Positions 51,309 through 61,191 of a DNA stretch of 64,000 nt are shown here, in pieces (the stretch's first letter is position 1; every line of letters starts with the position of its first letter). The notes under the pieces are model-generated. The model was not told the DNA's origin and ran no database searches. It saw only the letters and a list, made by a program, of their open reading frames with translations. Origin of the DNA: an uncultured Aquiluna sp. (GTDB taxonomy: Bacteria; Actinomycetota; Actinomycetes; Actinomycetales; Microbacteriaceae). Position numbers and translations under genes: made by a program. Location of the stretch: NCBI GenBank assembly GCA_913775595.1, contig CAJYLB010000001.1:1-64000 (forward strand). Direction: 5' to 3'.

Positions 51309-51760
51309 TGCAGCTGGAAGTAGCCACCTCCGATCAAATGGAGGAACTTGGAGCCAAGCTTGCCGGTCTGCTAAGGCTCGGAGATCTGGTTTTGCTAAGC
51401 GGTGAGCTGGGGGCTGGAAAAACCACCCTCACCAGGGGGCTCGGAGCTGCTTTGAAGGTTGAAGGGACAATTCAATCGCCAACGTTTGTGTTGGCCAGAG
51501 AGCACAGAATCCCCTCTGGTGGCAAGTTTGTCCACGTGGATGCTTATCGACTCTCAAGCGCGGTGGAGTTAGATGACCTCGACATCAACTTTGCGGGCTC
51601 GATCGTGGTAGTCGAGTGGGCGAGAGATTACCTCGATGGCTTCGCCGAAGACTACCTAAGCATTGAGATTGACAGGGGCTCTGAGGATGAGGTTCGGCAG
51701 GTTAGGGTAGCTGCATTTGGGGAGCGCTGGAGGGAGACGGATCTTGCTGCTCTCAATTGA
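51308..51760 (+). CDS. tsaE: t6A biosynthesis ATPase
   Basis: GELGAGKTT, SPTF, HVDAYRL, VVEW. Confidence 0.95.
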   Translation: MQLEVATSDQMEELGAKLAGLLRLGDLVLLSGELGAGKTTLTRGLGAALKVEGTIQSPTFVLAREHRIPSGGKFVHVDAYRLSSAVELDDLDINFAGSIVVVEWARDYLDGFAEDYLSIEIDRGSEDEVRQVRVAAFGERWRETDLAALN

Positions 51761-52328
51761 CACCTCGGCTGGCACCTCAGCCGCCATCCATGATGGCGCT
51801 GAGCTTCGAGCAGTTATCAGGTTTGAAGATCCATTTGGGCATGCCGAGAACATCGGGAGGGCAATCTCGGGAGCAATGCAAGAGGCCAGGGTTTCCCCGC
51901 AAAAACTCACTGGCATTGCTGTTGGGGTTGGACCGGCCCCTTATACCGGCCTCAGGGTTGGGATCGCGGCAGCTAAGGCGCTGGCGGCACCTTTGGACAT
52001 CGAGCTGCACGGCGTGATGGTCCTTGATGCAATTGCCTTTTCACGGACCGAGGAAAGGCTCTTGGTCACGACCGACGCCAAGCGTGGAGAGCTATTTGTT
52101 GCGGGCTACGTTTCTGGAAAAAGGGAGTTTGGGCCAGAGGTCATTCAGCCAGAAAAGGTGGCCGAAATGACCGACTTCGTAAGGGTCTCAGACCCAGCCG
52201 ATGCGGAGAAGGTCGGAGCTTTCGCGAGCTGGGCAATAGGCCAGGGTGTGGACCTCAGCAACACCAGCGCAATCTATCTGCGCTCACCAGATGTGACCCC
52301 CTCATCCGGAAAGAGGGTGAGCGGCTAG
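51744..52328 (+). CDS. tsaB: t6A biosynthesis protein TsaB
   Basis: [22 protein letters not shown] 51744 preferred start. Confidence 0.93.
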   Translation: MLLSIDTSAGTSAAIHDGAELRAVIRFEDPFGHAENIGRAISGAMQEARVSPQKLTGIAVGVGPAPYTGLRVGIAAAKALAAPLDIELHGVMVLDAIAFSRTEERLLVTTDAKRGELFVAGYVSGKREFGPEVIQPEKVAEMTDFVRVSDPADAEKVGAFASWAIGQGVDLSNTSAIYLRSPDVTPSSGKRVSG

Positions 52329-53809
52329 TGGAGATCAAACAGCTCACATCAGAGCACTTGCCCGCTGTCATGGACCTGGAGCGAAGGCTTTTTGAAAACG
52401 AGGCTTGGCTTGAGCAGACCATGGAGTCTGAGATAGCTTCGCGCCACACCCTTTACATTGGCGCTTTCGAGCCGCATTTAGTTGGCTATGCCGGCCTAAA
52501 GATTTCGGGCCCAAGCTACTCGAGTGACATACAAACGATTGGCGTCGAGCCCGGCCGCCAAGGAAGAGGCATAGGTCGGCAGCTAATGGAGACGCTACTG
52601 CATGAGGCTAGGCGTCAGGGAAGTGAAGAGGTATTCCTGGAGGTCAAGGCTGGTAATAATCCAGCAATACACCTTTACGAATCCCTTGGCTTTGAGCAGA
52701 TTGATGTAAGAAAGCGCTACTACCAGCCCTCTGGTGAGGATGCGATTGTGATGAGGCTCAAGATTTCCCAGCCCGTTGTTTTGGGCATTGAGTCAACTTG
52801 CGATGAGACCGGGGTTGGAATTGTGCGCGGCAACCGGCTTTTGGCCAATGCTTTGCATTCTTCTATGGACGAGCACGCTAGGTACGGGGGAGTTGTTCCG
52901 GAGGTTGCAGCGAGGGCGCATCTCGAGGCTATTTCCCCAACTTTAGACTCGGCGCTCGCCGAGGCGGGACTTGGTTACGATCAGATCGATGCCATTGCGG
53001 TTGCGAATGGACCAGGGCTGTCCGGCGCTCTAATGGTAGGCATCGGGGCAGCAAAAGGGCTTGCTGTTTCGTTGAATAAACCCATCTATGCGGTCAACCA
53101 CCTAGTCGGGCACGTCGGGGCTGATGTATTGGAGCGAGGTGCGGTTGAAGTTCCAACAATCGCTCTCTTGGTTTCTGGCGGCCATACCTCGCTGCTTCTT
53201 GTTCGTGACCTTCTCAACGACACCCAACTTCTTGGCGAGACCATCGACGATGCCGCAGGTGAGGCTTTTGACAAAGTTGCCAGGGTGCTTGGCCTGCCTT
53301 ATCCGGGGGGTCCTCAGATCGACAAGATTGCAGCCGATGGTGACCCCAAAGCAATTAGGTTCCCCAGAGGCCTCACGCTTCCAAAAGACCTAGATAAGCA
53401 CAAGTACAACTTCTCCTTTTCGGGTCTCAAGACAGCCGTGGCGAGACACGTTGAGAAGCTAGAGGACGCAGGCGAGGACTACTCAAAGCCCGACGTTGCC
53501 GCAAGTTTTAGAGAGGCGGTCATTGATGTGCTTCTAACCAAGTCACTCTGGGCATGCGAGGAGTTTGGCGTTAAGAGGCTGCTTCTCGGCGGCGGAGTGG
53601 TCGCAAATGCCAGGTTGCGCCAGGAAGCTGAGAGGCGCTGCAATGAGGCGGGCATTGAACTTCGAATTCCAAGGTTCTCGCTCTGCACTGACAATGGAGC
53701 GATGATTGCTGCGCTTGGGGCGCAGCTGATTATGGATGGCAGGGAACCAAGTGACTTGAATTTTGGAGCGGAGCCGACCTTGTCAGTAACTCTGGTGCAA
53801 ACTCCATAG
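52328..53809 (+). CDS. tsaD: RimI-like GNAT acetyltransferase fused to TsaD
   Basis: N-terminal QGRGIG..FLEV..N..A..LY...GF..YY; C-terminal [32 protein letters not shown] in one ORF. Confidence 0.93.
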   Translation: MEIKQLTSEHLPAVMDLERRLFENEAWLEQTMESEIASRHTLYIGAFEPHLVGYAGLKISGPSYSSDIQTIGVEPGRQGRGIGRQLMETLLHEARRQGSEEVFLEVKAGNNPAIHLYESLGFEQIDVRKRYYQPSGEDAIVMRLKISQPVVLGIESTCDETGVGIVRGNRLLANALHSSMDEHARYGGVVPEVAARAHLEAISPTLDSALAEAGLGYDQIDAIAVANGPGLSGALMVGIGAAKGLAVSLNKPIYAVNHLVGHVGADVLERGAVEVPTIALLVSGGHTSLLLVRDLLNDTQLLGETIDDAAGEAFDKVARVLGLPYPGGPQIDKIAADGDPKAIRFPRGLTLPKDLDKHKYNFSFSGLKTAVARHVEKLEDAGEDYSKPDVAASFREAVIDVLLTKSLWACEEFGVKRLLLGGGVVANARLRQEAERRCNEAGIELRIPRFSLCTDNGAMIAALGAQLIMDGREPSDLNFGAEPTLSVTLVQTP

Positions 53810-53883
53810 CATTTCTCAGTAAATCTCCCACTTGCTCCCAGCTTGCCCTGCTTGCCTAGTGCCACGCCAAAGAAAGGTAATAA

Positions 53884-54261
53884 ATGGCAGCAAGCAAAAA
53901 GAAGGAATCAGATGGAACAGAAGCCTCGAATGAGATCGAGGGAGAAAATAAGGGCTTCGATTTTCGAAGACTCAACACCCTGGCGGTAGTCTCGCTGGCT
54001 TCGGCCTTGACCAGCGTTGGCGCAGTGATGGCAATCATTACTGGCCACATCTCCTTGGCCCAAATCAAGCGTTCGGATGAAAACGGAAAGCCACTAGCCG
54101 TCTCGGGACTCATCATCGGATATTTAACGCTGGCTTTTTGGATTATTTTGTTGGCCTCGGGTGTTCTGCTAAGAGCACGCGTCTTCTCAGACTTCTCTGG
54201 ACTCCAGCCAGATTGGATTGAGATGCATGAATTCCGAAGAGGATTCGGACACGATCGCTAG
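53884..54261 (+). CDS. DUF4190-like small membrane protein
   Basis: NTLAVVSL...GHISLAQIKR..E.G..LA..GLIIGY. Confidence 0.8.
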   Translation: MAASKKKESDGTEASNEIEGENKGFDFRRLNTLAVVSLASALTSVGAVMAIITGHISLAQIKRSDENGKPLAVSGLIIGYLTLAFWIILLASGVLLRARVFSDFSGLQPDWIEMHEFRRGFGHDR

Positions 54262-54270
54262 GAGAGCCAT

Positions 54271-55440
54271 CTAGCTTTCGTGGCAGACAAGTGCCTTACG
54301 GGCGCCGCCCACTTTGGTTGCTATCAGGGTGGCGGCGCCCGAACCTCTAAGCTTCAACTTTTTTCTAAACACCTCAGGATCGATGTCCACGCCTCGTTTC
54401 TTGATCTCCACCCTGCCGATATCGAGCTTGGCCAGATAGGCCTTGATTGCTTTCTCGTGAAGCGGCAATTCCTCAACCACCTTGAAGCCCCTGAGCCAGG
54501 GGCTCGAACACTCTGCGCCCGTGAGATAAGCGATGCCCTGCGATACCGATCCCAAGCCGTGTTCCCTAGCAAATGCCCCAATCAGGTGGGATCGAATCAG
54601 AGCGGGGTCCGGCTCATAGATATATTCGCCAAGTGGGGCTACATCCGCCTCAAAGACATCGCCCGTGAACTCCATTGCTGCGTCCTCGTCGACCATCACG
54701 GCGAAGCGTTTTCCTGCCCGCGAAGAGTCCGTGCTCCACTGCGAGAACTCCACAAGATCACCCTTATTTGAGACCCAAGCTGACTCAAATCTTGGGTCGA
54801 TGAGCTCGTGTGGCATTGCGGGGGAGAGCTTCACCCCTCCAGGGTGCTTTGCAAGCAGTTCGAATACGAAGTCGATTGGAGGCTCAAAGTCATCGGGAGT
54901 CAGCAGCTTGCGTGAGCGGGAAGAAGCTTTCAGGTCTCGCCGAGCAGGATCAAGAAATACGGCCTTTGTTTGTACCGAGTGGTCTCTCGCATCACCCGCC
55001 CTAGCTTTCGCGTTTTCAAACCTGGATAGGTTGCTGGCCGCGAATTCGGCCGTGACCTCATCAATGTCTATTGCCACCACCTCAAGGTCTGCCTCGGCGA
55101 ATGCAAAGGCATCGATACCAAGTCCGCAGCTAAGGTCAGACACCGAACCGCAGTCGCGAAGCCGCATCGCGTGGTAGCGCGCGATGGCCAACCTAGATGC
55201 CTGTTCCAAACCCGCGCGGGTAAACAGAAGGGAATCGGCAAGGGTGCCGAGCTTATGCCTCGCTTTTTGTCTCAGCTCGACCTGGCTGGCTACCTCTACG
55301 CAAGTTGCTGGGTCATAGCCGTGTTTTCTTAGGGCCAGGTTCAGCCGGTCTGGGTCTACCTCGGGCGAGTAGTTCGAGTCAAGTAGCTCCACTACCTCTG
55401 GCGAGGGAAAAGATACCTTGGAGCTCACCCAATAAAACAT
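54271..55440 (-). CDS. Class I SAM methyltransferase with THUMP-like C-terminus
   Basis: DLSCGLGID, FLDPARR, YEPDPALIRS, EIKKRGVD; usual position before groES; start uncertain. Confidence 0.85.
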   Translation of the reverse strand: MFYWVSSKVSFPSPEVVELLDSNYSPEVDPDRLNLALRKHGYDPATCVEVASQVELRQKARHKLGTLADSLLFTRAGLEQASRLAIARYHAMRLRDCGSVSDLSCGLGIDAFAFAEADLEVVAIDIDEVTAEFAASNLSRFENAKARAGDARDHSVQTKAVFLDPARRDLKASSRSRKLLTPDDFEPPIDFVFELLAKHPGGVKLSPAMPHELIDPRFESAWVSNKGDLVEFSQWSTDSSRAGKRFAVMVDEDAAMEFTGDVFEADVAPLGEYIYEPDPALIRSHLIGAFAREHGLGSVSQGIAYLTGAECSSPWLRGFKVVEELPLHEKAIKAYLAKLDIGRVEIKKRGVDIDPEVFRKKLKLRGSGAATLIATKVGGARKALVCHES

Positions 55441-55453
55441 ACTCGCTACACAC

Positions 55454-55480
55454 CTAGCACTCGTCTTGACTGAGTGCTAA
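55454..55480. promoter_or_regulatory. CIRCE element 1 (HrcA operator), overlapping the -35 TTGACT
   Basis: CTAGCACTC-N9-GAGTGCTAA; TTGACT-17 bp-TAAAGT promoter at 55466-55494. Confidence 0.92.
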
Positions 55481-55498
55481 GAAGGCTCTAAAGTTTTA

Positions 55499-55525
55499 TT
55501 AGCACTCGGATACCGAGTCTGCTAA
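55499..55525. promoter_or_regulatory. CIRCE element 2
   Basis: TTAGCACTC-N9-GTCTGCTAA. Confidence 0.85.
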
Positions 55526-55555
55526 TCCAAAATCTTTACTAAAGAAGAGGTCAAA

Positions 55556-55852
55556 GTGTCGGTTTCTATCAAGCCACTCGAAGATCGTATTGTTGTTCGT
55601 CCCCTAGAGGCTGAGCAGGTAACTGCATCGGGTCTGGTCATTCCAGACACCGCAAAGGAGAAGCCTCAGGAGGCCGAGGTTGTAGCAGTTGGCCCAGGCC
55701 GCTTCAGCGACGAGGGCGACCGCATCCCGGTAGACGTAAAGGTCGGCGACATGGTCGTCTTCTCCAAGTATGGCGGGACTGAGCTCAAGTACGACGGCCA
55801 GGAGTTTCTAGTGCTCTCTGCGCGCGACGTTCTGGCAATCATCGAGCGCTAA
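55556..55852 (+). CDS. groES: Co-chaperonin GroES
   Basis: [26 protein letters not shown]. Confidence 0.99.
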   Translation: MSVSIKPLEDRIVVRPLEAEQVTASGLVIPDTAKEKPQEAEVVAVGPGRFSDEGDRIPVDVKVGDMVVFSKYGGTELKYDGQEFLVLSARDVLAIIER

Positions 55853-55862
55853 ATCGCTTAGC

Positions 55863-55897
55863 AAAGACGGCCTCTCGGTAGCGAGGGGCCGTCTTTT
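55863..55897 (+). terminator. Intrinsic terminator after groES
   Basis: AAAGACGGCCTCTCG...CGAGGGGCCGTCTTTT. Confidence 0.85.
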
Positions 55898-55919
55898 ATT
55901 TTGCCCCTAGGATTGCCCC

Positions 55920-56831
55920 GTGAAGAAGCGTTCCGAGGGTGCTAAGGGACTCAGTTTTGGGGTCTCGGCATACCTAATCTGGGGATCGTTTCCACTGATC
56001 ATCACCGCTGCCGCCTTCGCTAATCCATTCGAGGTGGTGGTCTGGCGGGTTGTGTTCGGGTTTCTATTCGCGGCGCTGTTAGTGAGCCTCACCAGGACAT
56101 GGAAGCCCACAGTCGAGCTTGCAAGAAACCCCAGGCGGCTAGGTTGGGTGGCAGTTGCATCGCTTTTTATTTTCGTCAACTGGTCGGTCTATGTTGTTGC
56201 CGTTGCAACGAGCAATGTCCTTGAGACCTCGCTTGGCTATTTCATCAACCCGCTCATCACTGTGCTGTTCGCGGTGGTCTTCCTAAAGGAAAAACTCCGC
56301 ACCGGCCAATGGGTCGCGCTCTCAATTGGGCTAGCTGCCGTGGTGATTCTGACTTTCGATTACGGGCGTCCTCCTTGGATTGCGCTCGCGCTCGCGCTCA
56401 GCTTCGGCACTTACTCACTGGCAAAGAACAGGGTTGGCGGGAAGATCAAGGCACTCCAAAGCTTCACAATCGAGTCCGGACTAGTCTTACCCTTTGCCCT
56501 TGTTCAGCTGTGGATTGTCTCGATGTTCTCCCCGATCATGCTTTTTTCTGGGGTCTATGAGGCGTCCGTACTGATCGCCTTCGGAATCCTCACGGCCATC
56601 CCACTAATTCTTTTCGGTGCCGCTGCCTCGAGAATCAAGCTCTCGACAATCGGATTCATTCAGTACCTAACACCGATCCTCCAGTTCAGTGTCGGCTACT
56701 TCATCCTTGGTGAGCCAATGCCAACGGTTCGATGGATTGGATTTGGGTTGGTTTGGCTTTCGCTAATCGTCCTCACAACGGACGCACTTCGTCGCAGGAA
56801 GCCGGATCTGCCCATCGCAGCCCAGGCCTAG
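55920..56831 (+). CDS. rarD: EamA-family transporter RarD
   Basis: SLGYFINPL, QYLTPILQF, about 10 TM. Confidence 0.9.
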   Translation: MKKRSEGAKGLSFGVSAYLIWGSFPLIITAAAFANPFEVVVWRVVFGFLFAALLVSLTRTWKPTVELARNPRRLGWVAVASLFIFVNWSVYVVAVATSNVLETSLGYFINPLITVLFAVVFLKEKLRTGQWVALSIGLAAVVILTFDYGRPPWIALALALSFGTYSLAKNRVGGKIKALQSFTIESGLVLPFALVQLWIVSMFSPIMLFSGVYEASVLIAFGILTAIPLILFGAAASRIKLSTIGFIQYLTPILQFSVGYFILGEPMPTVRWIGFGLVWLSLIVLTTDALRRRKPDLPIAAQA

Positions 56832-57084
56832 GGATGAAATGTAATTGTTATTCAAAAAGTAACATTGTAAAAAACAACTAATTCCGAAGCATTTACAGAG
56901 ATTTTCATAAGAATTCGAAGCATTTTTGCACAGATTTGAGTAGTTCTTGAACGTTGTTGACCGTTAACGCTTGCAAGAGGCCAAGTCGCTTAGGGATTAC
57001 CGGACCCTTTCACTATGATTTACCTAGCAATGCGGGCACTCAAGCCCGCATTCGCATTACAAATTGCAATTGCAAGGAGCAAGA

Positions 57085-58356
57085 ATGACCGTAAAGAACA
57101 ACAGGTCGCGCTTCGTCAAGACTCTGTCCGCAGCTAGCGCACTCGCGCTGGGTGCTGTGGTTTTGACTGGCTGCGCCCCTGCCACCACTGCTGGCGGTTG
57201 TGAGCTCGGTGCAGAGCAGGACGGTGACCTAACGCTAAAGCTAGGTTCCGCACTACCTCTGACCGGTAACCTCGCATTCCTCGGCCCACCTGAGGAAGCA
57301 GGCGCTTACCTAGCCGTTGACGAGATCAACGCAGCTGGCAAGGGAATCACCATTGACTACACCCCAGGTGACTCAGGTGATACCGACAACAAGGCCTACG
57401 ACACCGAAATCCCACGTCTGCTTAACGCTGGCGTTGAGGCTGTAGTAGGTGCCGCATCATCGGGTGTGTCACTGCAGTTCATTGACCGCCTGACCGCTGA
57501 GTGTGTAATTCACTTCTCACCAGCAAACACCTCCGCAGCATTCACCACCTACGAGGACAAGGGACTGTACTTCCGTACCGCTCCATCTGACGTTCTTCAG
57601 GGTGAGGTGCTTGGAAACCTGATCGCCGAGGACGGACACCAGAGGATCTCCATGATCGTTCTGAACGACTCCTACGGTACCGGTCTAGCTGGCTTCGTAA
57701 CTGAGGCCTTCGAGGCTGCAGGTGGAGAGGTTATCGCTGCACCTACCTACAACACCGGTGACACCAACTTCACCAGCCAGATCTCCGAGGCTCTCGCAGG
57801 CGACCCAGACGCAATCGTGCTGGTCACCTTCGACGAGGCAAAGACGATCGTTCCAGAGCTAACCAGCCAGTTCCCTGGCGAGAACCTCTACTTCGTAGAC
57901 GGTAACCTCACCAACTACTCGGATGACTTTGCTCCAGGAACCCTAGAGGGCGCAAAGGGTACTTACCCAGGTGTTAACGAGAGCAAGATTGCTGACTTCG
58001 TCACCAGGATGAACGACGCATGGGTTGCTCGCGGAAACGCAGACCTCGAGCTGAACGCATACGGTCCTGAGACCTACGACGCAGTTGTGCTTCTAGCACT
58101 TGCTGCTCTAGAGGCTCGCAGCACCGAGGGTGCCAACATGGCTGAGAAGCTCCAGGAAGTTTCTGGTGGTTCCGGCAACGGCACCAAGTGCACCAGCTTC
58201 GCCGAGTGTGCTGACATCATCAACGGCGGCGGAACCGCAGACTATGACGGTCCTTCCGGTGCCATTACCTTCAACGAGGTCGGAGACCCAACTGACGGTA
58301 ACATCCTGATTCAGCAGTTCGACGGAAACAACGTTCCTTCCACCATCCGTGGATAG
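57085..58356 (+). CDS. Liv-type ABC substrate-binding lipoprotein
   Basis: Lipobox LTG-C; LPLTG.LAFLG, GAASSGVS, FRTAPSD, YDAV. Confidence 0.9.
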   Translation: MTVKNNRSRFVKTLSAASALALGAVVLTGCAPATTAGGCELGAEQDGDLTLKLGSALPLTGNLAFLGPPEEAGAYLAVDEINAAGKGITIDYTPGDSGDTDNKAYDTEIPRLLNAGVEAVVGAASSGVSLQFIDRLTAECVIHFSPANTSAAFTTYEDKGLYFRTAPSDVLQGEVLGNLIAEDGHQRISMIVLNDSYGTGLAGFVTEAFEAAGGEVIAAPTYNTGDTNFTSQISEALAGDPDAIVLVTFDEAKTIVPELTSQFPGENLYFVDGNLTNYSDDFAPGTLEGAKGTYPGVNESKIADFVTRMNDAWVARGNADLELNAYGPETYDAVVLLALAALEARSTEGANMAEKLQEVSGGSGNGTKCTSFAECADIINGGGTADYDGPSGAITFNEVGDPTDGNILIQQFDGNNVPSTIRG

Positions 58357-58375
58357 TAACTAGTTCTAAAGAACA

Positions 58376-58413
58376 AAGAATCCCCCCGGCGAAAGCCGGG
58401 GGGATTTCTTTTT
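58376..58413. terminator. Bidirectional intrinsic terminator
   Basis: AAGAATCCCCCCGGC-GAAA-GCCGGGGGGATTTCTTTTT between convergent genes. Confidence 0.9.
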
Positions 58414-58438
58414 GCACCAACTAACGGGGTTGGTAACT

Positions 58439-58600
58439 CTATTTCCGCTTGCGGTTGGTTGTATCGAACGCGGCTCCGAGAGCCACGCCTAGGGCTATCC
58501 AGAGAGCAAGGTTGTCGGTGGCTACGCCTACGGCAACACCAATGCCTATCCCCACTCCAATACCGGAGCCGGTGGGCAGCTTTGGTTTTTTAGGTGCCAA
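58439..58600 (-). CDS. 53-aa glycine-zipper membrane protein (not in ORF track)
   Basis: MAPKKPKLPTGSGIGVGIGIGVAVGVATDNLALWIALGVALGAAFDTTNRKRK*; AGGA upstream of TTG; overlaps livF stop. Confidence 0.7.
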   Translation of the reverse strand: MAPKKPKLPTGSGIGVGIGIGVAVGVATDNLALWIALGVALGAAFDTTNRKRK

Positions 58601-59312
58601 GCGTTCCTAGGTAGAGGCCAATGACCTGAGGGTCGTTCAAAAGTTCGCGGCCTGTGCCAACCACTGCATCCTTACCCTGATCAAGCACGTATCCACGGTC
58701 AGAGATTTGAAGGCAGCGACGGGCATTCTGCTCAACCATGATGCATGTCACGCCAGCCTTGTTGATGTCGGAAACTCTGAGGAATGCCTCGTCCTGGCGG
58801 ACTGGGCTCAGACCCGCAGATGGCTCATCTAGGAGCAATACTGTTGGATCCATCATGAGGGCTCGGCTCATGGCAACCATCTGCCTCTCACCTCCTGAGA
58901 GTGAGCCTGCGCGCTGCTTGAGGCGCTTGCCCAGCTCCTCGAAGATGGAGATTACAAAGTCCAGTCGTTCCGAGTATTTCTCGGGTTCCTGGAAGGCGCC
59001 CATCTGGAGGTTTTCCTCAATGGTTAGGGACGGGAAGACGTTGTTGTTCTGGGGAATGAAGCCAACACCCTTGGTCACGAGCTGGTTGGCCTTGAGGCCA
59101 ACGATGGACTCGCCGTTTAGGGTTATGGAGCCCTCGCGCACCTTTACTAGGCCGAAGATGGCCTTGAGCAACGTTGACTTACCAGCTCCGTTTGGGCCGA
59201 TAATTCCAATTAGCTCGCCCTTATCGGCGTGAAAGTTGGTTCCATTGAGAATGTTTACACCGGGAAGGTAGCCGGCGACGAGGTCTTTGACCTCAATTAC
59301 TGTCTCGCTCAC
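58590..59312 (-). CDS. livF: Liv-type ABC ATP-binding protein
   Basis: GPNGAGKST, LSGGERQM, LLLDEPS, VEQNA. Confidence 0.88.
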   Translation of the reverse strand: MSETVIEVKDLVAGYLPGVNILNGTNFHADKGELIGIIGPNGAGKSTLLKAIFGLVKVREGSITLNGESIVGLKANQLVTKGVGFIPQNNNVFPSLTIEENLQMGAFQEPEKYSERLDFVISIFEELGKRLKQRAGSLSGGERQMVAMSRALMMDPTVLLLDEPSAGLSPVRQDEAFLRVSDINKAGVTCIMVEQNARRCLQISDRGYVLDQGKDAVVGTGRELLNDPQVIGLYLGTLGT

Positions 59313-60199
59313 TTGCCGTCTCCTTTGATGATGTTGATTCTGCCCGTCACTTCACCGAGGTCGGTCTCTTGGTGGGCACCTAGGTAGGCATCGATAACTG
59401 CCTGTTCCTTCATGACTGTCTCTGGAGGACCCTCCGCAACAACCTTGCCCTCTGCCATGACAACTACCCAGTCAGCGATGTGGCGGACCATGTGCATGTC
59501 GTGCTCAACAAACAGCACAGTCATGCCGTCTCCCTTGAGGCTGATCACGTGGTCAAGCAAGGACTGAGTAAGTGCGGGGTTCACACCAGCCATCGGCTCG
59601 TCGAGCATCACAAGGGTTGGATCGGTCATCAGAGCCCTGGCCATCTCCAGCAGCTTGCGCTGTCCACCAGATAGTGATGCCGCGAAGTCATCTTTCTTGG
59701 CATCGAGCTTGAATCGCTTGAGAAGCTCCATGGCCTTTACTTCGATTTCCTCGTCCTGCTTCTTCCAGAAGCCGGGGAACAGTGCCTTGAAGATGCTCTC
59801 TCCGTTTTGACCCTTCGCACCGAGCTTCATGTTGTCGGTCACAGTCAAGAGGCTGAGCGCCTTGGTCAGCTGGAAGGTGCGGACCTGTCCCATCTGGGCC
59901 ACCTTGAATGACGGCACGCCAGACAGGGACTTGCCCATGAAGGACCAGGTTCCGGTGTCGGGGGTATCAAAGCCGGTTAGCAGGTTAAACAGGGTCGTCT
60001 TTCCAGCACCGTTAGGTCCAATCAGAGCGGTGATGACACCCGATGGGATTTCGAGGTGTTCAACGTCGACGGCGGTAAGACCACCGAAGCTCTTCTTGAC
60101 GTGGTCGATGACGACCATCGGGTCCTTCTTCTTGCAGCCTGGCGCTGCATCGCCGATGTGGAGGTCGGTTGTCTTCTGTGGCTTCTTACTACTTGACAA
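59309..60199 (-). CDS. livG: Liv-type ABC ATP-binding protein
   Basis: GPNGAGKTT, RTFQ, LDEPMAGVN, VEHDM. Confidence 0.88.
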   Translation of the reverse strand: MSSSKKPQKTTDLHIGDAAPGCKKKDPMVVIDHVKKSFGGLTAVDVEHLEIPSGVITALIGPNGAGKTTLFNLLTGFDTPDTGTWSFMGKSLSGVPSFKVAQMGQVRTFQLTKALSLLTVTDNMKLGAKGQNGESIFKALFPGFWKKQDEEIEVKAMELLKRFKLDAKKDDFAASLSGGQRKLLEMARALMTDPTLVMLDEPMAGVNPALTQSLLDHVISLKGDGMTVLFVEHDMHMVRHIADWVVVMAEGKVVAEGPPETVMKEQAVIDAYLGAHQETDLGEVTGRINIIKGDGK

Positions 60200-61181
60200 A
60201 GGTCAGCTCCCTCTTGTCTCCGAAGATGCCCTGCGGGCGATAAATGACTAGCAACATCAGACCAATACCTACGAGCACGAATCTCAGGGTTGAGGCCTGT
60301 GTTGTCGAAACCGGAAGGATTCCGGAGGTTGCAAGCTCTGGCAGCACGTTGGAGAGGAACGCCTGGATCACCCAGAAGATCACCGCTCCAATTACGGGGC
60401 CAAAGATGGTCGCAGCGCCACCTAGCAATAGCGAAGTCCAGATGAAGAAGGTTAGCGAGGTGACATAGACACCCGGTGAGATGTTCTGGGCTGCCGTGTA
60501 GACAATTCCACCCATTGCACCGAATACTCCACCAATTACCAGCGCCTGAAGCTTGTAAGCAAAGACGTTCTTACCAAGTGACCTTACGGCCTCCTCGTCC
60601 TCGCGGATTCCCTTGATTACTCTGCCCCAAGGTGAGCGCATTAGGGCCCAGAGGAACCAGACGGCAACTGCTAGCAAGATCAATCCGAAAATCAAGACCC
60701 AGAGCGTTTGCTCGTTGTAGGTGAAAGGTCCAAATCCATAGGTTCCAGCAGGAATCGGATTGGAGTTCTGGAAACCCGTGCCGTCAGGCCGGGTATTGAA
60801 ACCAAATAGACCATCGGCCGAACCTGTGACATCTGTAAATGCAGTGGTTAGGAACAAAAGCCTTGCAATCTCAGCTGCCGCGATTGTCGCGATAGCGAGG
60901 TAGTCACCTCTGAGTCGCAGGGTTGGAATTCCCAGAATCAAGGCAAAAATGACAGATCCTAGAATTCCGACCAGCATTCCAAGCCACCATGGGAAGCCAA
61001 AGGTAAGCACAGAGATTGCGTAGCCGTAGCCACCAATGGCCATGAAGCCCGCAATACCAAAGTTCAGCAGTCCGGCAAATCCGAAGTGCATTGCTAGACC
61101 CAGTGCGGCTAGTGCGAAGGCAATCGTGGTCGGGGTTAGAAAGCCCGCCAGAGTGTTATTGAGAATTGATCCCCAGTCCAT
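60189..61181 (-). CDS. livM: Liv-type ABC permease
   Basis: LRLRGDYLAIAT, SPWGR..KGIREDE. Confidence 0.88.
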   Translation of the reverse strand: MDWGSILNNTLAGFLTPTTIAFALAALGLAMHFGFAGLLNFGIAGFMAIGGYGYAISVLTFGFPWWLGMLVGILGSVIFALILGIPTLRLRGDYLAIATIAAAEIARLLFLTTAFTDVTGSADGLFGFNTRPDGTGFQNSNPIPAGTYGFGPFTYNEQTLWVLIFGLILLAVAVWFLWALMRSPWGRVIKGIREDEEAVRSLGKNVFAYKLQALVIGGVFGAMGGIVYTAAQNISPGVYVTSLTFFIWTSLLLGGAATIFGPVIGAVIFWVIQAFLSNVLPELATSGILPVSTTQASTLRFVLVGIGLMLLVIYRPQGIFGDKRELTFVK

Positions 61182-61191
61182 GGTCTACCTC

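Noticed and set aside
55556..55897. groES without groEL as a novelty
   Set aside because: Split groES/groEL arrangements are known in Actinobacteria; groEL is probably elsewhere
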